A DNA stretch of 64,000 nt from Cyanophora paradoxa CCMP329 (taxonomy: Eukaryota > Plantae > Glaucophyta). The stretch spans positions 10,325 through 74,324 of the forward strand of contig QPMI01000144.1 of NCBI GenBank assembly GCA_004431415.1, written 5' to 3'. This document shows positions 36,853 through 45,679 of the stretch, one piece after another. The translations under genes were made by a program, and so were the position numbers. Each line of letters opens with the position of its first letter. Position 1 is the first letter of the stretch. The notes under the pieces are model-generated. The model was given only the letters and a program-made list of their open reading frames with translations. It made no database searches and was not told the origin of the DNA.

Positions 36853-38010
36853 GCAAGCTTATTACGATCCGGAAACTGGCTTTCAGTCTGCGGCGAGGAT
36901 AGCTAAGCGGCTCAATTTACCGCTATCAAGAGTGCAGGACGTACTTTCAAAATTGACGACTGCGCAGCGTTTTGCGAAACCTGTAAAGGAAAAGCCATCG
37001 ACCAGCATAATTTACGGGGAGCCCGAAAAGTACTACGAAGTCGATCTGATTGATGTGACCCGTACGCGAGAACTAATCGAGGGATTACTTTTATTATGAA
37101 CGGTATCGATGTGACGACGCGCAAAGCGTATAGCATCCCTATGAAGACGAAATCGGAAAGCACTCTGCTAGCCAGTTTGAAGAAATTGATTGATGCACTC
37201 CCCTCGAAGCCGGACGTCATTCAGACAGATCAGGAGTTCAAAGGAACCGCAGCAACAATGCTAGCGAGTATGGGCATCAAGCATAATGCAGTGGAGGCGC
37301 ATCGCCCGCAAGCAAACGGCAAAATAGAGAGATTTAATGGTACGCTTAAGCGCATCATTGCAAAGTACATGGATGCGTACGACACGGACAGATATATCGA
37401 TAAGCTGCCTGCTTTCTTGCGCAATTATAATTCGTCAGAGCATAGGTCAATTGGTACGTCGCCGAACGCTGCAGCAGAAAATCCGAAGGAGACAATTGCA
37501 CGCAACGACTACCAGAGAGAAGCGTACGAGCAACAGCACTATTTTGCCCAAGCGGAATTTAAGGTAGGCGATCGGGTGCGAGTGCAGCTAGAGCGGCAGC
37601 GTTTCGACAAGTCTTCAAAGCCGACGTATTCAAAAGAAATCTACACGATCACGGAGATAGGTGGCTTTGGGCCGCTGCTCAAATTTACGCTTTCGGGCTA
37701 CGACAAAGCGGTGACCTACCAGCGACTATTGAAAGTAGCGGCAGATTCAGAGGAACGTCGTGCGGGCAATGCAGCACAGCGGGCACAGCAGCGCAGGAAG
37801 AAAGAGATTAATCTAATGCAAGAGAATCTAGACAAGAGTGATATAGAGAGAGCGCGCAAACTCGAGCGTTTGCAGAAGCAATTGTTGACTGCAGGTAAAG
37901 AGAAGCTGAACCCAGGAGGGGCAACACAGAGATGGTATTCGTCGTTCCAGAATAAAACTGCAGCGTACTCAGCCCCTGGCAATACGCGAACTCTCCGCCC
38001 ACGCGCGTGA
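36824..38010 (+). CDS. int: Retroviral-like (rve/DDE) integrase of Polinton type; frameshift near 37060
   Basis: YYDP N-terminus, EVDLID, QTDQEF, NGKIERFNGTLK, YNSSEHRSIGTSP and FKVGDRVRV. ORFs 36824..37099 and 37096..38010 join with a one-base correction. Confidence 0.92.
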
Positions 38011-38076
38011 AAAAGAAAGGGAGCCATCTTGGCTTCCTCCTTCTTTCGCTCCCCTCTTTTTACTAATTGCCGGCCA

Positions 38077-38352
38077 TTAGAGAGCTATAACAATTGTTTG
38101 TTGGAGGGACTCTAGCAGAGCTAACTTTTCGTAGATTCGATTGCGATAGCGGCGATTGGCCTCCAGATGGCCCTCACTGTTATTGCGTTGATATTTCAAA
38201 CTGGCTTCGATGTGACGTCGCCGGTAATCAGGATCTTCATTGTACCTGCGCCGATGGCTCTCCGCTCGCTTGGCCTTCCGTGCCGCAGCGATTTCAGGGG
38301 TGACAACAATTGGCTTGCGGCCTGGGCGCTTTGGCGATGATTCGGCATCCAT
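38077..38352 (-). CDS. Small basic protein, possibly DNA-binding
   Basis: KRPGRKP (AT-hook-like) followed by an Arg/Tyr-rich helix. Confidence 0.5.
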   Translation of the reverse strand: MDAESSPKRPGRKPIVVTPEIAAARKAKRAESHRRRYNEDPDYRRRHIEASLKYQRNNSEGHLEANRRYRNRIYEKLALLESLQQTIVIAL

Positions 38353-38463
38353 ATTTGCGGGTTTCTCGTCACAAACAAGGAGCGAAATAATTTTATGGCA
38401 TCAATCGCAGAACGACCAACTGCGTTGGATTTCGAGAATTAAATCCGAGATATAATTAAAACA

Positions 38464-38820
38464 ATGCCAGCAACGATCCGATTCGGCAAGTATCGAGGGG
38501 AGACGCATCTGGAGGTTGTTTACAGGGATCCAAAATATGCAGAATGGTTAATTTCGTGGCCGCATTTGCGCCCATACGATAAGCAAAAGCTTGAGCGTGC
38601 ATTCGAAATGTGCCGCACAATAGAGGGCTCTGAGCTTAGGAAGATGATTGACTTCGCAAAGCAGCAGCGACGTCCTACAGTCGAAGCCGATGGGCTGGGC
38701 GAACTGATTACAGTCGAATCCGCCGACCTCCAGAGCTCCCTTCATTTGAGAGCTTGTAGAATTGGGCTCAGAAACATTGGGGGTAGCTGGCTTTACAGCT
38801 GCATCATCGAGAGCTTGTGA
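38464..38820 (+). CDS. Protein with a DUF3820-like FGKY motif
   Basis: IRFGKYRGETHLEVVYRDPKYAEWL fits the FGK(Y/H)xG...P.Y..W pattern. Confidence 0.55.
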   Translation: MPATIRFGKYRGETHLEVVYRDPKYAEWLISWPHLRPYDKQKLERAFEMCRTIEGSELRKMIDFAKQQRRPTVEADGLGELITVESADLQSSLHLRACRIGLRNIGGSWLYSCIIESL

Positions 38821-39339
38821 AGCCTTTTCTTTTTCGATTTTTAAATAGCGTAAATCTGGCACGTCCATAGGTCTGTGCTTAAACATCTCGCTTCGAAGCA
38901 TCTCCCGAATTTTCGCTCTCTCTTGCTTTTCCTTAACGTATGATTCGACATTAGCCGACCGCGCTTCCAGATCACGCAATTTCGCTGCAAGCTCATCGAA
39001 CTGGCTTTTGCTCAAAGCTGGCGCACGTATTTTCGGGCCAGAGTACCGCGGCTCGCTAGCCATCGCTTGGAGAATTCTTGCAGCATCATCGTCGATATCG
39101 GACTGCATTTCGCTCACGGTTTTAACTTGTCCATGGCGATCGTCGGTCGCACTGGCATTCGCTGCTGCCGAGGCGATCGTTTTAGCTACGGGTGCATTTA
39201 GGCGGGGGTCACTAGCTAGCTCACCGCTAGGATCAGCAACAGCTGCGCCCTCAGTTGAGCCGCTTTCAATCAGTGGGGCGTTCGGCTCGGGGAGCACCCT
39301 TCGTTCCCGGTAGCCTTTTCTTGGAACACCGCGTGGCAT
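38548..39339 (-). CDS. Hypothetical viral protein downstream of the ATPase
   Basis: ATG 10 bp after the ATPase stop, with a coiled-coil segment. The 3' part overlaps the opposite ORF, so the true end may be earlier. Confidence 0.5.
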   Translation of the reverse strand: MPRGVPRKGYRERRVLPEPNAPLIESGSTEGAAVADPSGELASDPRLNAPVAKTIASAAANASATDDRHGQVKTVSEMQSDIDDDAARILQAMASEPRYSGPKIRAPALSKSQFDELAAKLRDLEARSANVESYVKEKQERAKIREMLRSEMFKHRPMDVPDLRYLKIEKEKASQALDDAAVKPATPNVSEPNSTSSQMKGALEVGGFDCNQFAQPIGFDCRTSLLLCEVNHLPKLRALYCAAHFECTLKLLLIVWAQMRPRN

Positions 39340-39348
39340 CTTTTTCTC

Positions 39349-40092
39349 TTATGGTAAGATTTTAAAACGCTTCTTTTTGGGATGAACAGGCGTTGAATTT
39401 TCTTTCTTAGGCTCTTCTTGTCTTAGCCATTTAGTAAAACGAAAGCTCTTATCTTCAACGGCTTTATCAACGTACCAGGCCGTATCATACTTAGTTCCAT
39501 CCAGGACTAGGCACTGATAATCATGCGCCCAAGTCTCGAACAAGGCGATGAACTTATCTTTTGGGAGATGACTGAACTCTCTATAGATCGCCTCGAGCTC
39601 GGTATGATTAGAATAACTAAAGAAAAAGCAGTAATCGCTGTTTGATCTTATAGATTGACTAAGAGCTGTTAGCTTTTGCGTCATAAGAATCGTACTTATA
39701 TTAAAATGGCGGCCCTGCGTAAAAAGTCGATTTACAGCCTTGCTGTTTCGCAGATCAACAGTTTCAGAGGCGGCAACTAGATCGTCCAATACAAGCAATA
39801 TCTGCGGTGCTTTCTCTTTGTTTTCGATCAACTTTCGCTGTGAATCAATGATTTCTGCAACTATGGCGGGTTGAAAATCGTCGTAAAGCTCTTTAGTTAT
39901 TGCAGAGTATTCACCATTGAATTTGGTGGCAGTGAAAACGACGACTCGGTTGATCTTTGGATACAGCAGTCGAAGCAGATGCTTTGTGCAATAGAACGAT
40001 TTGCCGCTATTGGACTTCGATATAAATAGGGCTTTGAAAGGGACCCTCATGTCTCCCGGCTGGAACTGTGCGAGCTCTTGAGACTGATCCAT
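39349..40092 (-). CDS. A32-like DNA packaging ATPase
   Basis: Walker A SKSNSGKS, Walker B LLVLDD, and QGRHFNISTILMTQ...IRSNSDY. Likely start MDQSQ at 40092. Confidence 0.92.
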   Translation of the reverse strand: MDQSQELAQFQPGDMRVPFKALFISKSNSGKSFYCTKHLLRLLYPKINRVVVFTATKFNGEYSAITKELYDDFQPAIVAEIIDSQRKLIENKEKAPQILLVLDDLVAASETVDLRNSKAVNRLFTQGRHFNISTILMTQKLTALSQSIRSNSDYCFFFSYSNHTELEAIYREFSHLPKDKFIALFETWAHDYQCLVLDGTKYDTAWYVDKAVEDKSFRFTKWLRQEEPKKENSTPVHPKKKRFKILP

Positions 40093-40154
40093 CAAAAAAT
40101 TAACTACCGAGATTCGCAGGCGCAGCCAAGGCAGCTTGTCTGACGACACTTCGA

Positions 40155-41543
40155 CTAGAGGTTCACCTTGCGAAGGCCCGCAGCATCAACAATTAGGACA
40201 GTGTGCAGGAGAGCGCGAACCTGGACGTAAATCTTGTTGTTTGCATCGTAAGCGGCAGGATTCATGATATTCAGGAAGCAGCTGCTGCTGTTGGTGAGAT
40301 CCACGAAACCAGTTTGAGCTGCATTTCGGATCGATTTATCCCCACTAATGCAAAATGGCAATCCACTCAGGACATATCTGTTAAGAGGCGCGTCGAGATT
40401 TGAGCACTTGAACACATCAGCAATGAGCTCAGCACCTTGCAAGAGTGGCACAGGCTCGTTAGAATAAAGTCGCTGGCCATTCAATTCGCAGGAAATAGTT
40501 ATGTCACGAGCATTGGCCTCAGTTTTAAGGACACTGTGTTTTCCATCAGTTTGGTTCATATTTGTCTGCTTGCGAATGCTAACAAAAAGGCCATAGCAGA
40601 GCCCACTGATCTGCGACAGATTAATCCGTGTAGGTGCACCAGCCCCTGCATAGGTGATCGAGTCAGCATCAACCCAGCCAACCTCAGTGGCAGGAATGGC
40701 GATTCCAGACGATTTGACTTTTTCAATAACCTGTGCAAAAGTAGCCTCATCAACGTTGATGCAGTGAGCTATAATCTTTGGATTCGATAGCTCGGGATTG
40801 GCAGGAGTGACAGTGAGGACATTGGGGGTTATATTCTGGCCAATGTTTGCAGGGGATGCAGCGGCAGCTCCTACGCTCCCAAGTCCATCATCTTTAGAGG
40901 CATCACCGTTTGCGGCATATTCTGCTACAAACCTACCACCATAGCTGGTCTCAACGAAGCCCTGGGCACGGTCACGGAACCAAACCTCCACAGACACCTC
41001 GCCCGATAGCGCACCAATTGGAAGCACTGAGCCCTCCCAGGGACAGGGGATCTTTACACTGAAAATACCTCCAGCACGATTGCTCCCCTGAGGTGGTGTT
41101 CCATGAAGCCAGCCACCGGATCGGTACTTCTTTTTAAGCTGAGCATCATCATTGAAAATCAGAGCGCTGTGAACAAGCCAGTCCTCGGGGACAATGTAGC
41201 TGTAGGAAGCATATTTGATTTCGATTCGCTTTACGAGAGCACCAACCGATCGCAAATAACCAGTGCGAACCAGGTCAGTGTCACCAGTAAATGCGGTCAG
41301 CTCTGGAAGGGTAAACTGGAGTTCGAGCCCCTGAAGGAAATTGTAGCGGGGCAGGAAATAAGTAACCCTCTTTCCGAAGCAGTCTCCATAGTCATTGCTT
41401 GGGTTGACAACAACACGCACAGGCTTTGTTTGGCTGGTTAGACCTAACATAAGCTCATTGTTCATGAAAAAGTCCTTAGCTTCCTGCGGAGTTGTCAGGA
41501 GCTCTTTGAGACCGAGTCGCTGCAAGTTTTGGGTAACATCCAT
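40155..41543 (-). CDS. Major capsid protein (probable double jelly-roll), element B
   Basis: 462 aa, most conserved gene between elements A and B. FGKRVTYFLPR...LELQFTLP and LPIGALSGEVSVEVWFR recall NCLDV-type capsid N-terminal motifs. Confidence 0.82.
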   Translation of the reverse strand: MDVTQNLQRLGLKELLTTPQEAKDFFMNNELMLGLTSQTKPVRVVVNPSNDYGDCFGKRVTYFLPRYNFLQGLELQFTLPELTAFTGDTDLVRTGYLRSVGALVKRIEIKYASYSYIVPEDWLVHSALIFNDDAQLKKKYRSGGWLHGTPPQGSNRAGGIFSVKIPCPWEGSVLPIGALSGEVSVEVWFRDRAQGFVETSYGGRFVAEYAANGDASKDDGLGSVGAAAASPANIGQNITPNVLTVTPANPELSNPKIIAHCINVDEATFAQVIEKVKSSGIAIPATEVGWVDADSITYAGAGAPTRINLSQISGLCYGLFVSIRKQTNMNQTDGKHSVLKTEANARDITISCELNGQRLYSNEPVPLLQGAELIADVFKCSNLDAPLNRYVLSGLPFCISGDKSIRNAAQTGFVDLTNSSSCFLNIMNPAAYDANNKIYVQVRALLHTVLIVDAAGLRKVNL

Positions 41544-41587
41544 CGAAGTATATAATTGCAGTGAAAGAAAATAATTTGGGACTTAGC

Positions 41588-42544
41588 TCAATTTGACGAA
41601 TTGATCCAAGGATATGTCTTCGATCTTTTCTGGAGCTGAAGCTTGGCGAGCTCGTAGACAACATCACCATTGGGTTCATCTGGGCCATAACGAATTTCGA
41701 GTATAAATGAGACAGGACCTCCATTTAAATCAGCAATTCGCTGCATAAAATCGTAAATCTCAATAGTCACAGAGTAGAGGTCCAGCTTTGAATAAATATA
41801 CTTGTACAAAGGATGTGCTTCAGTTGAATCATAGTATGCTATCTCGCCTGGACGAAGGACGCTTGGAATGCTCAGCTTTGAGAAGAAGCCAGGTATTGAC
41901 GTGTTCGGCATACTGACAAGGTCACCAATTTCAGGAATGCGTAGGAGCACATGATCATCGGGAGTGACATCAGGCTCATAAGCGCCTGCTATATATTCAG
42001 TATTTATAGATAATGTCTTTGACCGAATCGGTAGAATTGATCGCAGCCCTAGAAGCTTTGCAGTTCGCTGAGCCCTTGCAACGGCCTGGTAGTTTCTGAC
42101 TTCCCGCCCACCCTGGTTCGTTGGCAACATCAGAGCAATAAAGAACTCGAAGTTAGCTGTGAACCCTATTAATTTGATCGCTGAATTATACGTGCACGTG
42201 ATACCTGTTCCCGTCAACCTTTCGTTTATCTCTGTCACAAGCGAGGTGACGTCGTAATTTCCAGGTGGAATTGCAATGTTATTCCACGCTCCAAAGCCGG
42301 CCTGAGGTGGGTCGGGTCCTTCATTAGTAGGATCATATTTGCACCAATATATGTAGGTGTCAAAGACCAAATCCTCTGCTGGATCGAGTACATCAATTGT
42401 GCTCATTGTGTTGGGGATCTCAGCTGATACCAAGCGCACGGCTTTCACATCCTGATAAACTTTAGGCAGTCTTACTTTAAATTTCGAGGTGGATGTCAGC
42501 TCCTCCGCTTGGTGACTTGCAATGCAGACGTAGTCCGTAGGCAT
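41588..42544 (-). CDS. Minor capsid/penton-like protein 1
   Basis: VRLVSAEIPNT, IPPGNY and DLNG...FILEI motifs; adjacent to MCP. Confidence 0.75.
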   Translation of the reverse strand: MPTDYVCIASHQAEELTSTSKFKVRLPKVYQDVKAVRLVSAEIPNTMSTIDVLDPAEDLVFDTYIYWCKYDPTNEGPDPPQAGFGAWNNIAIPPGNYDVTSLVTEINERLTGTGITCTYNSAIKLIGFTANFEFFIALMLPTNQGGREVRNYQAVARAQRTAKLLGLRSILPIRSKTLSINTEYIAGAYEPDVTPDDHVLLRIPEIGDLVSMPNTSIPGFFSKLSIPSVLRPGEIAYYDSTEAHPLYKYIYSKLDLYSVTIEIYDFMQRIADLNGGPVSFILEIRYGPDEPNGDVVYELAKLQLQKRSKTYPWINSSN

Positions 42545-42571
42545 CTTTTTTATATCAGTTAGAGAATAAAA

Positions 42572-43461
42572 ATGCGGCTTACCTTTGACAGCAGAGACAG
42601 AAGGCCAATCGATTCCGAGGCAAACTTTGTGCTCGAAATCAATGAACCTATAATCAATCCAGTTGCTGTTCGACTTACCCAGTGTGAGTTCGCAAACAGC
42701 CTTTACACCAGCATTAAAGATGAGTATCTTTCGATCACCTTTCCCTACATTGGGACAGAAAATCTGGCGGTTTTTGAGCCTGGCATAATTACTACTGCAA
42801 ATCTGGGCGAAACAGATATTTATAACTTTGGCCTATCGTTTAATATTAGGCTAGAAGGGATCTCAATCGCATATTTCAAATTGTTTCGAGACCCAGAGAC
42901 GTTGAAAATGTCTGCCTATTGCAGCCGTTCCTGCACACTGACCTGCCAGTTCAAAGCTCTATCGAATCTGCTTGGGCTGAACCGAAATGAGTCTCTCCAG
43001 CTGTCTCCTATCGTGCTTGAAGGGGGCAAAGACCAGCAACTGCAGCTGAGCGGTATCTCGAGGTTGCTGGCATTCCAGTTACACCTGCTCACCCTGAGTA
43101 CGGCATTGATTTCACCGGAAGAATGCGGAGTGAGCCACTTGGTTATGCTGTCGAATTTCCAAAGATAATCGACATGAACAGCGACCAGTACCTCTTCCTT
43201 GTCTGCGAAGAGCTACGGCCATTTGCTTCAAAGCTTCGCCGCGGGGCCAAAACAATGTGCAATTATGGGCTCGCTCGAATTCAAATGAGCCAGGACGTTG
43301 GCAAGTTCGTTTATATAAATCAGGAAAATGACGGCGAGTGGATCCCCATCGAAGAGCGCCTAGTGCTGACCTCTTTGCGACTGCGCATTGTCGACAGAGA
43401 TGGTGATGACGTCTCTCTGAATGGCCTGCCATGGTCTGGTGAACTGCAATTTTTAGTTTAG
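42572..43461 (+). CDS. Minor capsid/penton-like protein 2 (frameshift at the G-run near 43022)
   Basis: FDSRDR, CEFANS and LRLRIVDRDG..VSLNG. The corrected frame reads YLEVAGIPVTPAHP, matching FLYFAGVPITPNHP in element A. Confidence 0.72.
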
Positions 43462-44937
43462 GTAACGTCCCCGGAAATCAAGCCGGAACGCATTCACATT
43501 TATAAATTCGTTTGTTATAATTTGCACATAGTTATAAACCTGTGGGGTGATCAAATGCGAGTCACTATGCATTAGATCAAAGCCTGTCATAGATGGGTTT
43601 GCAGCAAGCACATTTGCTAGGACCGTATTCTCAAATAGTGACCCGTCTCGTAAATATCCTAAGTTGGTCAGAATGCTGAAATTAAATAGGACTCCGGCAG
43701 CAAAGGCTGGCCCATACATAATGATTTGATGTAGCTCAAAAGGCTTTGGAAATTCGACTCTGATCCAGGGATTAGGTAGAGTGCCACCTTGGAACCCTGT
43801 TGAGTTGGGTCGCACATGAGAAGGTGGGTGCAATTCCTCAAAGTCGTTGCTTATGATGTTTGCATCTGGAATTATAAACCAGTTTACATCAAATGGCGGC
43901 TCAACTGTTAAAGTAGACGATATGATTAGTCTCTCATCGTTCAGTAGGTCGTAGTTCGCCAATAGAAAGCTGCAGAGTGCATTTATTTTAGCATTTATTT
44001 CGATTTGTTTCAGCCATAAATCTGTTGTGGAAATCAAATAAGAAATATTCGATGGGGAGGCATCATCAAGCTTGCTCATGACTGCAGCTGGCAGCGGAAC
44101 ACTTAAACGCCAGTATCTAGTTAGATTCCTATCTGCATCAACTGGAAGCAGTTCCTGCATTTGAAAGTGCGATTCCAGCTCGCTACCTGACATTAGCATA
44201 GAAATGATTGGGCTGCCTGAGAGGGATAGGATCCAGCCCAGAGCGCCCCAGCCTGACGTCTCCGAATTCGAAAAGCCTGCAGTCAATTGCTCACTGGCTT
44301 GGACCTCACCACAGCTAATGCTCACAAGAACAATTGGATCTTCTGCATCGTAAATTTTACTGGCGTGGCTGAGTGCAGCAACTGAGGGATTATTCAAACA
44401 GGCTATCGCCCCGTCAACAAGGTTTTTGTCCCCTAGAACCTTCGGTGGAAAGAATGTAGGCGCTGCAGAAGATGCTCTCACTGCATCACGAATCAGCGTG
44501 CTTGAATATGGCCCATCCTTCGTAAAAACTACTGGCTGCATCCGAACTGTATCAAACGCTGTAATTAATACGTCTTTTGTCGATTCTGCAATTGTGTAGT
44601 CCAGGGCAACGTCTGTAAGCACCGACTCCAGAGGATTTGCATCATAGCGGCTTCCTGAGAGCAAGCTTGTCAGTGATCTTGGATTTGCAAATATTGTTGG
44701 CAGGTTCGTTTGATATAGACTCAAGATATCACCTGCAGAATATCGGTAAGCAAGAACAGAGCCTGGAGTTGATGGGATCGCCAATCCGGCCGCTATTATT
44801 GCCCCTGTTGAGGTGCCTGCAAAGAAATCAAACAGCTGTGGTATTGCTTTCCCAGTAATCGCCTCAATCCGCTGTAGAATTCGGGCTATGACTATTCCAC
44901 GAGCACCTCCACCTGATAGTGAGAGAATGACCTTCAT
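43453..44937 (-). CDS. Patatin-like phospholipase with a C-terminal extension
   Basis: SGGGARG oxyanion loop, GTSTG nucleophile, ASSAAPTFF and DGA catalytic Asp. Likely start MKVIL at 44937. Confidence 0.92.
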   Translation of the reverse strand: MKVILSLSGGGARGIVIARILQRIEAITGKAIPQLFDFFAGTSTGAIIAAGLAIPSTPGSVLAYRYSAGDILSLYQTNLPTIFANPRSLTSLLSGSRYDANPLESVLTDVALDYTIAESTKDVLITAFDTVRMQPVVFTKDGPYSSTLIRDAVRASSAAPTFFPPKVLGDKNLVDGAIACLNNPSVAALSHASKIYDAEDPIVLVSISCGEVQASEQLTAGFSNSETSGWGALGWILSLSGSPIISMLMSGSELESHFQMQELLPVDADRNLTRYWRLSVPLPAAVMSKLDDASPSNISYLISTTDLWLKQIEINAKINALCSFLLANYDLLNDERLIISSTLTVEPPFDVNWFIIPDANIISNDFEELHPPSHVRPNSTGFQGGTLPNPWIRVEFPKPFELHQIIMYGPAFAAGVLFNFSILTNLGYLRDGSLFENTVLANVLAANPSMTGFDLMHSDSHLITPQVYNYVQIITNEFINVNAFRLDFRGRYLN

Positions 44938-45052
44938 TTTTAAAAGGGGGCTTATATAAAAATGTCCTACATCTTGAAGAAGCCAGTGCCACTTCGTAAA
45001 GCTCCAGATTTTGTGGATGATCGGCATATAAATATTCGCGTATTTGGGAGTA

Positions 45053-45571
45053 CTACTGCTGGAAATTCAGCTGCAGGAATTGCTTATCAGCCTCTAAAGT
45101 GTGCACAATAGCAAATGCATCACGAGCACGAGCAGCAGCCTCGGCTGTGTGGAAATAACCTATGTGCTTCTTTTTACCATCTACATTAAAATAAGCTCGC
45201 CATTTACTACTTGATCTATCAAAGTTGACTCCAATAAATCCTGATGAATTGTTAGATTGGCGGTATCGATTCAAAATTTGCTGGCGCCTAGATGCAACTC
45301 GCAAATTTTCACGTCGATTGTCGAGGGGATTATGGTTGATGTGATCGACAGATAGGCCTTCTTCGATATTTGGAAAGAGAAACACTTGAAGTTTAATTGT
45401 TGTATACTTCCCGTTTACTTTTATGTTAGCCTGAGCATAGCCATTATTATCCAAGTGCCATTTCTTCTGAAGAACTCGTTCGGTATCTTCGTGAGACACA
45501 AGGGTATATGCACGAATGTTTCCTCGACGATCACGGAGTGGAACCGCCATTGCACCAACAGGAATGTCCAT
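45053..45571 (-). CDS. HNH-AP2 homing-endonuclease-like protein
   Basis: VDHINHNPLDNRRENLR (HNH) plus SGFIGV...KWRAY...HIGYFHTAEAAARARD (AP2). Confidence 0.9.
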   Translation of the reverse strand: MDIPVGAMAVPLRDRRGNIRAYTLVSHEDTERVLQKKWHLDNNGYAQANIKVNGKYTTIKLQVFLFPNIEEGLSVDHINHNPLDNRRENLRVASRRQQILNRYRQSNNSSGFIGVNFDRSSSKWRAYFNVDGKKKHIGYFHTAEAAARARDAFAIVHTLEADKQFLQLNFQQ

Positions 45572-45679
45572 TTCGATTCCAGCTTACTTAAGCTTGGCTT
45601 CTTTACAGTTAGAACCCGACATCTCTTTATAGCATATCAAAGTCTTGATCTGCATTCTTTTATCGAACCATCTACTATC

